Assembly: GCA_963695345.1 (NCBI GenBank)
Contig: OY968769.1
Location: forward strand, 1-64,000
From: an uncultured Methanomassiliicoccales archaeon
GTDB taxonomy: Archaea; Thermoplasmatota; Thermoplasmata; Methanomassiliicoccales; UBA472
DNA length: 64,000 nt
Direction of reading: 5' to 3'
The notes under the pieces were generated by a model. The model did no database searches. It saw nothing but the letters and a program-made list of their open reading frames with translations, and had not been told where the DNA came from. Shown here one piece after another: positions 53,720 to 63,927 of this stretch; the stretch's first letter is position 1; every line of letters begins with the position of its first letter. The translations under genes were made by a program, and so were the position numbers.

Positions 53720-54328
53720 TCAAATGATCGGTATGATGATCGTGCTGAAATTGTGGACATATTCGATCGCACCGCGCATGATGAACTCCACCGCCATTGC
53801 CGCCAGCAGCAGACCGATTATCTTGGAGAAGATCTCGATCGCCTGGTGCCCGATGATCTTGATGATCGAGGCCGCATTCCGGAGCAGGATCCAGGTGATG
53901 ATCAGCGAGAACACTCCGGCGATCAGTGTCGTCAACAGGTCATATCTCGCTACCAGCAATATCGCCGTGGTGATGACACCCGGGCCGGTCAGAATCGGGG
54001 TGGCTATGATGACCCAGGCTACATCCGCATCCTGGTTCTTGGTGAGGCTGAGGCTGAATATGATCTCGATCGCCATCAACAGCAGGACGATCCCACCGGC
54101 TATCCGGAATCCGTCCAGTGTGACACTGAACACCGCCAGCAGGTTGGTGCCCAGAATGGCGAAGATGACGAAAAGGAGGGCCGCGACCAGGACGGCACGG
54201 TTGGCGGAGGACGTCTTCTGATTTTCGTCCAGGTCCTTGGTCATGCAGATGAAGATGGGTATGCTGGCAAATGGGTCGAAGATGAAGAACAGCAGCGTTA
54301 CCGCGTAGATCAACCCATTTAAGTCCAT
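53720..54328 (-). CDS. MarC family membrane protein
   Basis: LFFIFDPFASIP, FRIAGGI, ATPILTGPG, KIIGLLLAAMAVEFI. Confidence 0.93.
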   Translation of the reverse strand: MDLNGLIYAVTLLFFIFDPFASIPIFICMTKDLDENQKTSSANRAVLVAALLFVIFAILGTNLLAVFSVTLDGFRIAGGIVLLLMAIEIIFSLSLTKNQDADVAWVIIATPILTGPGVITTAILLVARYDLLTTLIAGVFSLIITWILLRNAASIIKIIGHQAIEIFSKIIGLLLAAMAVEFIMRGAIEYVHNFSTIIIPII

Positions 54329-54437
54329 CAGCCCGTAGATTCTGAAGGGCCTTATAATGCTTTTTGGACGATATTTCTGGCAAACCTATTTTACCAAGCG
54401 GTTCCAAAGGAGAGGATGAGTAGCCTGTTGGGCTCGG

Positions 54438-55373
54438 GTGATGGATGAATTGGGCGAGGTACGGTTTGATAAGATGGCCCTATCGGCATATGTCCGGACC
54501 CTACGTCCGCAGTTCCTTCCCGGCAGCGCGATACTGTTCTTGATAGGGTCTTTGTTCGCGGGGGATGGAGTCATCCAAGCAAACGTGGAGATGGCTCTGG
54601 CTCTCCTCACCGTGGTCCTGGTCCAATTGGCTGGTCATTTGGCCAATGACTACTTTGACCGGGAGGGTGACCGGCCTTCCCAACGGAGCCTGTTCGCCGG
54701 TGGAAGCGGTGCAATCCAGACCGGCGTCGTCTCTGCCCGTGCGGTCCTCCATGCGACCATGGCGGTCTTCGCTTCCGCCCTATTGCTGGCGGCATTCGTA
54801 GCGATAATATCGGAAAGGCCATGGTTCCTGCCCCTGATAGCCCTGGGACTGTTCGGGGGATACGCCTACTCCGCTCCGCCGTTACGGCTGGCCTCGACCT
54901 GGCTCAATGAGCTGTCGATCGCCCTGCTGTTAGGATTCGGACTGCCCCTCGCCGGATGGTATTTCACCAAGGGCACCTTTGACCTGGATATCCTTAAGGT
55001 CGGCCTTCCCCTGTTCCTTTTCTCGGTCCAGTCGCTGATAGCCGTCCAGTTCCCGGACATGGAGGCGGACCGGGCATCGGGAAAACGGAACATGACGTTC
55101 CGGCTGGGCATCCAACGGTCCAAAATGATACAGACCTCGCTGCTGGGCCTCAGCTACCTGATCGTGGTCGCGGAGGTGGCCATAGGTTATCTGGGGATCG
55201 GGGCGCTGCTGGTGTTGGTCACCATCCCTTTCTACCTGTACTACTCGTGGAAGTTGATCGGGATGGAGCATTATGATTTTAACTTGGCCACGACCGCATC
55301 GAACATGGCGATGGCCCTGAACGGTGTCTCGATGGCGATGGTGCTGATCTATTTGACGGTATTGACACGATGA
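54438..55373 (+). CDS. UbiA/MenA-family prenyltransferase
   Basis: LRP, NDYFD..GD, YSAPPLRL, PDMEADRASGK. Confidence 0.9.
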   Translation: MMDELGEVRFDKMALSAYVRTLRPQFLPGSAILFLIGSLFAGDGVIQANVEMALALLTVVLVQLAGHLANDYFDREGDRPSQRSLFAGGSGAIQTGVVSARAVLHATMAVFASALLLAAFVAIISERPWFLPLIALGLFGGYAYSAPPLRLASTWLNELSIALLLGFGLPLAGWYFTKGTFDLDILKVGLPLFLFSVQSLIAVQFPDMEADRASGKRNMTFRLGIQRSKMIQTSLLGLSYLIVVAEVAIGYLGIGALLVLVTIPFYLYYSWKLIGMEHYDFNLATTASNMAMALNGVSMAMVLIYLTVLTR

Positions 55374-55433
55374 ATAATGATGGACCGGCGGACGGCGCAA
55401 GGCCGGTCCGGTGATTTAAGAAGGATCAGACGT

Positions 55434-55658
55434 TCAGCTCGTCTTGCACACGTAGTAGCCGGCGGATTTGTCCCTGGACTTACGTTTGACGTAGCCCTTT
55501 TTCTCCAGCTCTTGCAGAGCGTTCATACAGTGCGCTTTCGGAAGCTTGGACATGTTGGTGATCCCCTGGGCATCCTTCATCTTGTCCTCGGAGACCAGAC
55601 CAGCATGGATCATAGCCTTGAATACCTTCTCGGCTGGGTCGCTCAGTCCTTCTGGCAT
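55434..55658 (-). CDS. Small basic winged-helix DNA-binding protein
   Basis: 74 aa, ALQELEKKGYVKRKSRDKSAGYY. Confidence 0.75.
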   Translation of the reverse strand: MPEGLSDPAEKVFKAMIHAGLVSEDKMKDAQGITNMSKLPKAHCMNALQELEKKGYVKRKSRDKSAGYYVCKTS

Positions 55659-55861
55659 GGTCAGGCCCAAGAACGGGGACCTAATCTAGCTATCCATGAC
55701 ATTATCAAATATGAGAACTACTGAGAATTACTCCGGAACCTAGCACGCAGAGACGTCTCACCATCAGCCCGGTGGGTCAAACGCTACGGATCGGCCGCGG
55801 TCCGAACTATACCCCTCCACCAGTCCCGGGTCGAAATTAAAATATGGAGACGCGTTCCTAG

Positions 55862-56446
55862 GTGACAGGGAAAGCCATGGACGAAAAGGGTTCGCTGATA
55901 ATAACGGTCAATTCCACCGACGGCAGGATCGATCAGAAGAAGAAGGTGCTGCGTTCGAATCTGATCATCGAATCGCTGATAACGGCGGCACTATTCATCG
56001 TCCTTGCGGTCATCGCCGCCCTGCCCATCGAATATGCCCTCATCATCACGCTGGGGTTCATAATCGCGACGGTGTTCTCCTACTACGCGCTGCACGACAG
56101 CTTCTATGCGGACATCGCGGCCGTGAAGGTCTACTCCAACGGCGTGGAGAACTTCTCCAGCCCCCTGCTCCAGATAAGGAGGATCAGCGGTTTCATCGAC
56201 AAGTCCCGGATCGAGAGCATAGAGGTCGAGTACTACACGTTCACCGGCGAGGTCACCACCAAGAACCACGACCAGGTGATGTTCTTCAAGAACAACAAGA
56301 ACGTCACCCTGAAGCTCAAGGACGGCAGGAAGAAGCCGCTGGGGCGCCGTTTCTCGCACATCGTCGATGAGATGGTGGAGAGGATGTCCAAGGCCTGGAA
56401 CGTGCCGGTGAACCAGAACGAGCGCACGTTCGGCCGGACAAAATGA
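55862..56446 (+). CDS. Hypothetical membrane protein
   Basis: Two TM helices followed by a soluble domain. Confidence 0.7.
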   Translation: MTGKAMDEKGSLIITVNSTDGRIDQKKKVLRSNLIIESLITAALFIVLAVIAALPIEYALIITLGFIIATVFSYYALHDSFYADIAAVKVYSNGVENFSSPLLQIRRISGFIDKSRIESIEVEYYTFTGEVTTKNHDQVMFFKNNKNVTLKLKDGRKKPLGRRFSHIVDEMVERMSKAWNVPVNQNERTFGRTK

Positions 56447-56517
56447 CCTCCGCGAATCGCGGACCAGTCAATTCCTTTATATCTTACCGGATACCTTTCT
56501 TCGCCCTGGTGATTTGA

Positions 56518-56940
56518 TTGAAGTGGCTCTGGCGTTGCAACGTCTGCGGAGATCTGCACTATGGACTGAAGGCGCCGCAGGTCTGTCCGACATGCGGGGC
56601 GAGCATGGCCTTTGTGAGGATCGACGGAGAGGAGGCGTTGAAGACCATCGGAAACCATGGCGGTAGCTACGCCAAGGTCGAGGAGGTGGTCGCCGCTTGG
56701 CGGGAATTCGCCGAGGCCAATCCGTTGATCAAACTGAACCCGAACCTGGAAGAGGTGAACACCCTGGCCACAGGGGTTCTCGAGAACATGAAGAACCGGG
56801 GGATGAAGTACTGCCCTTGCAGGATAACCTCGGGGGATTTCGAAAAGGACCTGGAACTGGTCTGTCCCTGCAATTTCTACCGCCAGAAAGTGTGGAAGGA
56901 GAACGGGGAATGCTGGTGCGGTCTCTACTTTAAGAGGTGA
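56518..56940 (+). CDS. Rubredoxin-like + ferredoxin:thioredoxin reductase catalytic domain
   Basis: WRCNVCG..APQVCPTCG N-terminus; YCPC-x14-CPC-x13-CWC. Confidence 0.92.
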   Translation: MKWLWRCNVCGDLHYGLKAPQVCPTCGASMAFVRIDGEEALKTIGNHGGSYAKVEEVVAAWREFAEANPLIKLNPNLEEVNTLATGVLENMKNRGMKYCPCRITSGDFEKDLELVCPCNFYRQKVWKENGECWCGLYFKR

Positions 56941-57239
56941 TATGCGTGTCTGAACAAGGAAACAGATTGATTTGGTTCTATGGAAAGGAATGCCCCCACT
57001 GCCGGGCCCTGATGCCGATGGTGGAGAAATACCAACAGGACTCGAACATAAAGATAGAACACCTGGAGGTTTGGCATAACGATGAGAATGCCAAGCTCAT
57101 GCGGTCGCACGGGGACAAGATATCCGAGGCCTGCGGGGGGGAGCTGGGCGTTCCCGCCTTCTACAATGAGAAGACCGGCAAGGCCATCTGCGGGTCCAGG
57201 ATCCCGCTGGAAAAACTGAAGAAGTGGGCCGAGGAGTGA
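56937..57239 (+). CDS. Thioredoxin/glutaredoxin-like protein
   Basis: FYGKECPHC, cis-Pro GVPAF. Confidence 0.9.
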   Translation: MICVSEQGNRLIWFYGKECPHCRALMPMVEKYQQDSNIKIEHLEVWHNDENAKLMRSHGDKISEACGGELGVPAFYNEKTGKAICGSRIPLEKLKKWAEE

Positions 57240-57249
57240 AAAACGCCAG

Positions 57250-57537
57250 ATGCCGGCCCGCAGATCGCAGATCAAGGTCCCAGATGGGAAACTGGTCCGT
57301 ATGGACGCGATCTGCGAGCAGGGCACGATCTCCAACATAAAATTGTCGGGCGATTTCTTCGTTCACCCGGAGGAGGCGCTTTTCCGGATAGAGCGCGGGC
57401 TGGATGGCCTGAAATTGACCGGGAATGAAGAAGAGATGGTTGAAAAGGTGGGATCGGTCGTCGATGCCAGCGGGGCGGTCCTCATCGGTTTCGGAGTGCA
57501 TGATATCGCATATCTTCTGAGGGAACTGAGATGTTGA
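57250..57537 (+). CDS. lplB: Lipoate-protein ligase small subunit (LplB / C-terminal domain)
   Basis: KVPDGKLV..IKLSGDFFVHPEEAL..IE..L.G. Confidence 0.85.
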   Translation: MPARRSQIKVPDGKLVRMDAICEQGTISNIKLSGDFFVHPEEALFRIERGLDGLKLTGNEEEMVEKVGSVVDASGAVLIGFGVHDIAYLLRELRC

Positions 57538-58287
57538 ACCAACGGTGGAGGGTATTGAGATATGAGACGCACCCGGCCAGGATGAACATGGCCATCGACG
57601 AGGCGATAGCGGAGATGATATCGTTCAATGAGGCCAGCCCCACCATCAGATTCTATGGGTGGAACCCCAGCGCCGTATCCATCGGCTGCTTCCAGAACCT
57701 GGAGGACGAGGTCGATGTGCGACGTTGCACGGAGCTCGGCGTCGATATCGTACGGCGGAGGACCGGGAGGCGGGGCGGTCTATCACGACCGGGAGGGGGA
57801 GATCACCTACAGCGTGATCTGCCCGGAGGCCATGATGGACATGGACATCAACGCCGCCTACCGGCAGATCTGCGGCCTCATCGTCAAGGGACTTGCGATA
57901 GTGGGGATAGCCGCCGAGTTCCGGCCCATCAACGACATCGCCGTGAACGGAAGGAAGATCTCCGGATCGGCCCAGACCAGACGGTCGGGGATATTCACCC
58001 AGCACGGGACCGTTCTATACAGCGTTGAACCGGAGATTATGTTCTCGGTCCTGAAGGTGGACCGGGAAAAGGTCGCCTCGAAGGGGGCGTCGGACCCCAC
58101 GGACCTGGTCACGTCGGTGTCCAGGGAATCGAAGGCCACCAAGAACGAGGTGTTGGCCGCCCTGGTCTTCGCCTTCGTCGAGGGGAAGGACTGGTACCTG
58201 GGACCGATGTCCCAGGACGAACTTGCCCGGGCCGAGGCGATCGCGAACGAGCGTTACGGGAACGAGGAGTGGACCCGGTCGCGCTAG
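57531..58287 (+). CDS. lplA: Lipoate-protein ligase catalytic subunit (frameshift near 57766)
   Basis: NMAIDEA, RRRTG|GGAVYHD, ND..VNGRKISGSAQ, QHGT. Confidence 0.9.
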
Positions 58288-59564
58288 AGGAGCAGCAGCG
58301 CCTCGGGATTCTCCAGCCATCTCTTCAGGTCGTTCATGAACTTCGCCGCCCCGGCACCATCGAGCGCCCGGTGGTCGAACGTGAGGGACAGGGGCAGCAT
58401 CTTCCGGGCCTCTATCTTCCCGTCCACCACCATCGGCGTATCCACTATCTTCCCGGTGCCCAATATGGCCACCTCCGGATAGTTGATGATCGGCGTGCCG
58501 TACGTCGTCCCGAACGCCCCATAGTTGGTTATGGTGAATGTGCCGCCCCTCAGGTCCGCCATGTCGATCTTTCGCGTGTTCGCCAGTTCCGCCAGGTTAT
58601 GGATCTCCTCCGCCAGGTCGACGATGCCCTTCTGGTCCGCCATCTTGATCACCGGCACGATCAGCCCGTCCTCGATGGCCACGGCGATGCCGATGTTGTA
58701 GTATTTCTTGACCAGGATCTCGGTCTCCTCATCGTTCACCGAGGAGTTCAGGGAAGGGTTCGATCTCAGCGCGTTGACCACCGCCTTCACGATGAAAGGC
58801 ATGAAGGTCACGTTCACCTTGCGCTGTTCCATAACGTCCTTCTTCACCTTCTCGCGCAGCGCGAACAGCGCGGTGACGTCGGCCTGGTCCATGGCGGTGA
58901 CCTGGGCCGCCCTGGTCTGGGACTCGATCATGTGCTTGGCCGTGGTCCTCCTGATGCCCCTCAGGGGGACCCGGTCCACCCAACCGTAGAGGTCGAACTT
59001 GGGAGCCGCCTTGATGTGAGGAGTTACCGCCTTTGCCGGTGGTGCCTCCTTCGCCTTCTTGACGTCCTCTTCGGTGACCCGGCCGTCTGGCCCGGTCCCC
59101 TTGACCGTTGTGATGTCGACACCCAGGTCCTTGGCCGCCCTGCGCACCGCCGGGGTCGCCTGGACGGCGGTCGCCGGCTTCGCTTCCCTCACCTTTCCGG
59201 TCGAGGAGACGCTAACCTCCTCCATGGGAAGCTCTCCGACCACCGAGTACGACGGTTTCCTGGTCCCCTCGGCAGGCTCCGGCACCACTGGGGTCTCGGC
59301 CGCCGGGGCGGCCGTTACCGCCTCCCCCTTCTCGCCGATCACCACCAGCACCTCGCCCACCTTGACCAGTTCGCCTTCCTTATGGTTCATTTTGAGGATC
59401 GTTCCGGCCACCGGCGATGGCATCTCCACCACCGCCTTGTCGGTCTCCACCTCGGCCAGCGCCTCGTCCTTGCCGATGGTGTCGCCTTCCTTGACCAGCC
59501 ATTTCTTGATCTCACCCTCGGTCACTCCCTCGCCGAGGTCGGGGAACTTGTATTCAGTAGTCAT
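58284..59564 (-). CDS. pdhC: 2-oxoacid dehydrogenase E2 dihydrolipoamide acyltransferase
   Basis: ETDKA lipoyl Lys, ATPAVRR..GTGPDGRV PSBD, FDHRALDG. Confidence 0.95.
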   Translation of the reverse strand: MTTEYKFPDLGEGVTEGEIKKWLVKEGDTIGKDEALAEVETDKAVVEMPSPVAGTILKMNHKEGELVKVGEVLVVIGEKGEAVTAAPAAETPVVPEPAEGTRKPSYSVVGELPMEEVSVSSTGKVREAKPATAVQATPAVRRAAKDLGVDITTVKGTGPDGRVTEEDVKKAKEAPPAKAVTPHIKAAPKFDLYGWVDRVPLRGIRRTTAKHMIESQTRAAQVTAMDQADVTALFALREKVKKDVMEQRKVNVTFMPFIVKAVVNALRSNPSLNSSVNDEETEILVKKYYNIGIAVAIEDGLIVPVIKMADQKGIVDLAEEIHNLAELANTRKIDMADLRGGTFTITNYGAFGTTYGTPIINYPEVAILGTGKIVDTPMVVDGKIEARKMLPLSLTFDHRALDGAGAAKFMNDLKRWLENPEALLLL

Positions 59565-59573
59565 TTGATCACC

Positions 59574-60551
59574 TCAGAACGAGACCGTCCTCTCGATCTC
59601 GACCAGTATCCTCTCGGGCGACACGTAGTAGTGGTCCTCTCCCTTCGGCAGAGGTACGACGATGTCCGGCCCGGCCACCCTGACCACCGGCGCCTGCAGT
59701 GAAAGCAGCGCCTTCTCGTTTATCCTGGCCACGATCTCCGCCCCCACCCCGCAGGTCTTGGGCGCTTCCTGCACCACGATCGCCCGTCCGGTTCGTTTCA
59801 CCGATTCCACCACCGAGGCCGAGTCCATCGGCGACAGGGTGCGCATGTCGATGACCTCGCAGGAGATGCCCATCTTGGCCGCCTCGTCCACTGCTTTCTG
59901 TATCTGGACCATCATGGCGCCCCATCCGATGACCGTCACGTCCTTGCCCTCCTGGACCAGGCGGGCCTTCCCGATGGGGATGACGTACTCGCCTTCCGGC
60001 ACCTCCTCCTTCAGCATGCGGTAGCTGCGGGTCGGCTCAAGGAATATCACCGGGTCCGGGTCCCTTATCGCGGCGGTCAGCAGGCCTTTCGCCTCCAGCG
60101 GGGTGGACGGCACCACCACTTTGAGGCCGGGAATATGCACGAACAGCGCCTCGGTGCTCTCCGAGTGATGCTCCAATGCCTTCACCCCCGCCCCGTAGGG
60201 CATGCGCATGACCAGGGGGACGGTCAGCCGGCTCCTGGTCCGGTTCCTCATCCGGGAAGCGTGGGAGATGAGCTGGTTCATGGTCAGGTAGGAGAATCCC
60301 ATGAACTGTATCTCCGCCACCGGCCGCAGGCCGTTGATCGCCATGCCGATGGCCATGCCGACTATGCCGCCCTCCGCCAATGGAGTATCGATGACCCGGG
60401 CGGGGCCGAACCTCTTCTGCAGGCCATCGGTGACCCGGAACACGCCGCCATCGACGCCGATGTCCTCGCCCAGCGCGACCACGGTAGGATCTCTCTCCAT
60501 CTCCAGGGCCAATGCCGAATTGATGGCCTGCACCATGTTCATCGAGACCAT
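59574..60551 (-). CDS. pdhB: 2-oxoacid dehydrogenase E1 beta
   Basis: GEDIG..GGVFRVT, DTPLAE, EIQF, EHHSES. Confidence 0.93.
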   Translation of the reverse strand: MVSMNMVQAINSALALEMERDPTVVALGEDIGVDGGVFRVTDGLQKRFGPARVIDTPLAEGGIVGMAIGMAINGLRPVAEIQFMGFSYLTMNQLISHASRMRNRTRSRLTVPLVMRMPYGAGVKALEHHSESTEALFVHIPGLKVVVPSTPLEAKGLLTAAIRDPDPVIFLEPTRSYRMLKEEVPEGEYVIPIGKARLVQEGKDVTVIGWGAMMVQIQKAVDEAAKMGISCEVIDMRTLSPMDSASVVESVKRTGRAIVVQEAPKTCGVGAEIVARINEKALLSLQAPVVRVAGPDIVVPLPKGEDHYYVSPERILVEIERTVSF

Positions 60552-60553
60552 CT

Positions 60554-61637
60554 TCACACCCCCTTCTTGGCCGGTTCGGCCTTGATCTTCTCCATCTGTT
60601 CGACCATGTCCGGAGACATCTCCGCGTACGATGTGCCGGAACACCTCCTCCACGGTCGGCCTGGGATAGTTCTCCGCCTCGGAGACGGCCTTCTCCACCA
60701 GGTCCTGGGCCTCCTTCACCGCCTCGTCCTCCAGTTCGTCGTTCCATATGCCTTTGGCCTCGAGATAGCGGTTGAACCGGTCCAGCGGGTCCTTTTGCAT
60801 CCATTCCGCCAGCTCGGAGTCCAGCCGATACCTGGTGGCATCGTCCGATGTGGTGTGGTCTCCCAGCCGATAGGTGTAGGCCTCGATCAGGGTCGGACCG
60901 AGCCCGCTGCGCGCCCGGTCCACCGCCTCCTTCCCCGCGGCGTACATGGCCAGGATATCGTTGCCGTCGACCAGGATCCCGGGGAACCCGTAGGAGATGG
61001 CCTTCTGGGCGATGGTGGGGCTGCGGGTCTGGTTCCTGCGCGGATAGGATATGGCGTACTGGTTGTTCTGACAGACGAACACCACCGGCGATTGGTAGAC
61101 GCCGGCGAAGTTCGCGGCCTCGTGGAAATCGCCCTCCGAACTCCCCCCGTCCCCGAAGAACGCCACCGATACCGTGTCCTCCCCCCGGAGCTTCGCCGCG
61201 TACGATATGCCGACGGCGTGGGTGAGCTGGGAGCCGACCGGGACCGAGGAGGGCAGGGCCCGCACGTCATCGGGGTAATGACTGCCCATCTCGTTTCCCA
61301 TCCAGTAGAGGAACTGGTTCACCAGGGGCACCTGATGATAGAGGAGGCCGCCCAACTCCCGGAAGGACCAGACGAACCAATCGTCCTTCCTCATGGCCAT
61401 GGCCGGTCCGATCTGCGCCGCTTCCTGACCCTTGCACGGAGGGTACGCCCCCAGGCGCCCCTGCCTCTGGAGCTTGACCGCCTTTTCATCGGCCACCCTG
61501 GTCAGTACCATGGTCTTGTACGCCTGGATGAGGGTGGGGTCGTCGAGCTTGGGGTCCAACCCGTCGACGACTGTTCCATCGGTCTTCAGTATCTGCAGCA
61601 TCTTCCCTTCGAGCGGGTTGAACTCATCGATCAGCAT
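60554..61637 (-). CDS. pdhA: 2-oxoacid dehydrogenase E1 alpha (1-nt insertion near 60631 creates an apparent fusion to beta)
   Basis: GDGGSSEGDFHE..NNQYAIS TPP motif, HTTSDD; shifted frame gives natural end YAEMSPDMVEQ...KKGV* at 60554. Confidence 0.92.
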
Positions 61638-62522
61638 TTATGCCCCTCCGATCTGTTCCAGGATCCCCTGTGCTTTGTAAGATGTACGGACCAGTGGTCC
61701 GCAGGCGATGTATCGGAAACCCATGGCGCGCGCTTCCTGCGCCAGGCCCTCGAACACCGACGGTTCGACATATTCGGTTATTGGCAGGCTCCCGCCCTTG
61801 GGTTTCAGGTATTGACCGATCGCTATCGCATCCACCCCGACGGCGCGCAGGTCGGACAGGGTGCGGACCGTTTCGGACAGGGTCTCACCTAGCCCGAGCA
61901 TGATGGAGCTCTTTGTTACCATATCTGGATACAAACCCTTCAGCCCGGCCAGCAATTTTAGTGAGCTGGCATAGGACGATCTCGGGTCCCTTACACTGGC
62001 CTGAAGGCGCTCCACCGTCTCGATATTGTGCCCGATCACCTCGGGTGCGGAATCAGCCACCAAACGGATCGCGTTCCCCTTTCCGGAGAGGTCGGGGATC
62101 AGCAGTTCCACCTTGCATCCCGATGCTTCGTGTATGGCGCGTACCGTCTCTGCGAACACCGAGGCCCCGCCGTCCTTGAGGTCGTCCCTGGTCACGCTCG
62201 TGATGACCGCGTACTTCAGACCGAGCTCTTTGATGGCCTTGGCAACCCTTAATGGTTCCGAAGTATCGTACGAACCGTCGAGGTAACCGTGCTTGACCGC
62301 GCAGAAACGGCAATGCCGGGTGCAAATATCCCCGAGGATCATGAACGTCGCGCTCCGGTCCGACCAACATTCCCGGATGTTCGGGCAGTGCGAGGCATCG
62401 CAGACCGTGTGCAGGGAATACTTCTTCGTCACTTCCCTGACCTTGTCAAAGTCTCCGCCTACGGCCGCGATGGTCTTCAACCAACCGGGCTTCTCCAGTT
62501 GGGGCGTTCTCAATTCACTCAC
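61638..62522 (-). CDS. lipA: Lipoyl synthase
   Basis: CDASHCPNIRECW, CTRHCRFC, RTSY. Confidence 0.96.
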   Translation of the reverse strand: MSELRTPQLEKPGWLKTIAAVGGDFDKVREVTKKYSLHTVCDASHCPNIRECWSDRSATFMILGDICTRHCRFCAVKHGYLDGSYDTSEPLRVAKAIKELGLKYAVITSVTRDDLKDGGASVFAETVRAIHEASGCKVELLIPDLSGKGNAIRLVADSAPEVIGHNIETVERLQASVRDPRSSYASSLKLLAGLKGLYPDMVTKSSIMLGLGETLSETVRTLSDLRAVGVDAIAIGQYLKPKGGSLPITEYVEPSVFEGLAQEARAMGFRYIACGPLVRTSYKAQGILEQIGGA

Positions 62523-62640
62523 GGGGCATCATATTGTAGCCATGGGGTTTTACTAATTTTCCTTTTCGAAGCGTCACGGGCCCAAGCCGCTGAACTCCGC
62601 CTTTCTGAAGTTTTTCCTTGGGCCAGTCGCTGGCATTGCG

Positions 62641-62648
62641 TTTAAATA
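62641..62648 (+). promoter_or_regulatory. TATA box of SRP RNA
   Basis: TTTAAATA starting about 25 nt upstream of the RNA 5' end. Confidence 0.65.
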
Positions 62649-62665
62649 GCTGGTATGCTTAATTG

Positions 62666-62983
62666 GGGGCGCTAGGCTAGACCGGGACGCTCGGCGTGTC
62701 CTTATACACCGAAATCGTCGCTGCGGGGGTGACAGCGAGGGGCGTCGTATCCGGGGAGGCATAGGCCCAACCGTTGATGTTGAGGCTCTGTCCTACGGGG
62801 TCGGTGGCAGCTCTGGGGTGCAGCTGGAGGGTTGCACTCCTTGCTCTGATCACGGGGAACGGGTCAGGCCCTGACGGGAACAGCCTTACCGTGGACTACC
62901 TACGCTCGAAGGGGAGCGGGGCTGAGTCAGCGGTTGGATCACCTGTGCCAAACTGAGCGGCCACCCTTGTGGCCTAGCACTCC
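62666..62983 (+). ncRNA. ffs: Archaeal SRP (7S) RNA
   Basis: Terminal helix GCTAGGC/GCCTAGC; helix 6 GGGGTGCAGCT-GGAG-GGTTGCACTCC; helix 8 CACGGGGAACGGGTCAGGCCC-TGAC-GGGAACAGCCTTACCGTG; about 318 nt. Confidence 0.92.
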
Positions 62984-63141
62984 TTTCACTTCCTGACGAT
63001 GGTCAGGATGATTCAGAAAAAATATGGAACGGTCCATCCCCCATCTGGACCCAATAAAAAGGGGGGACCTGATCGACTGGACCGGAAGACAGGAACCTTG
63101 TCGATCAATGTTCCTATGATGCCTATGGACCTTCCGGTGCC

Positions 63142-63927
63142 TCATCCATAGAACCTGATCTTCCTGAGGACATTTTTCTGGCCAGCAACGGCAGGCTCCT
63201 TTTTCCTTAGGACCTTGGGCCGGGTCACGATGGGAACCCGTACAGTGGGCGGCCGATCGTCCGGCTTCATCAGCTCTATCATAATCCTCGATTGCACCTT
63301 CGGATTGAACATCAACGCCTGGACCGGCTGTATGGCTATCCGGTTCGGGACGATACCCTCATCACTGATCTCGACCAGGACCGGTTCCATCCTCATCCTC
63401 AGCTTCTCCCGGTCTGGATATTCTACGGTCAGCTCCGCCTGTCCCTTTCCTTCGATGTTCCTGATGGAATAGATGCCCGGCCGCAGGATGTGGGCGACGA
63501 AGAGATCGCCAGACCCCAGCGCTCTGCTGTCGAAGACCTTCACCGACGCCTTTCCCTTCTCGCGGCGAAGGAGCTCGACCGCATAACCCCCGGGACCGGT
63601 CGGGGCGCTGAATATGATATTACCGCCGGTGCGGAGTGCGAACCGGTTGTCGCAATCCTCCGTCGCTTTGCCCAGGGAACCGTCCAGGCCGGCCAGGTCG
63701 ATGTTCGCCAACCTGGGGAGGTCTTCACACCCGGATGGTTCGCCTTCGCTTTCAGAAACGGTCAGCGAGAACGTGCCGACCTTGGCCGCCCCCCGGTATA
63801 CCATGCCACAGTATTTCCCGCTCTCGGCGCACTTGTGCATGACCGAGCTCAGCGTGGCCAGCGAGCCGCTGTCGACCGTATCATCTCGAAGGACCATAGA
63901 TTTGTCAAATGTCGATTTCGTGATCAA
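63142..63927 (-). CDS. Hypothetical protein (beta-rich, internal DS..L repeat)
   Basis: 261-aa ORF, GTG start; repeats VDSGSL..H....GKY / FDSRAL..RPGIY. Confidence 0.7.
   Translation of the reverse strand: MITKSTFDKSMVLRDDTVDSGSLATLSSVMHKCAESGKYCGMVYRGAAKVGTFSLTVSESEGEPSGCEDLPRLANIDLAGLDGSLGKATEDCDNRFALRTGGNIIFSAPTGPGGYAVELLRREKGKASVKVFDSRALGSGDLFVAHILRPGIYSIRNIEGKGQAELTVEYPDREKLRMRMEPVLVEISDEGIVPNRIAIQPVQALMFNPKVQSRIMIELMKPDDRPPTVRVPIVTRPKVLRKKEPAVAGQKNVLRKIRFYG

Noticed and set aside
59574-61637. Apparent E1 alpha-beta fusion (687-aa ORF)
   Set aside because: Removing one base near 60631 restores a normal alpha C-terminus (HMYAEMSPDMVEQ...KKGV*) followed by the beta ATG; the linker is off-frame sequence.
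7292-61892. Many long antisense or off-frame ORFs (e.g. 7292-8302, 8540-9712, 38751-40193, 60135-61892)
   Set aside because: Shadow ORFs of GC-rich genes that overlap confidently identified CDS.
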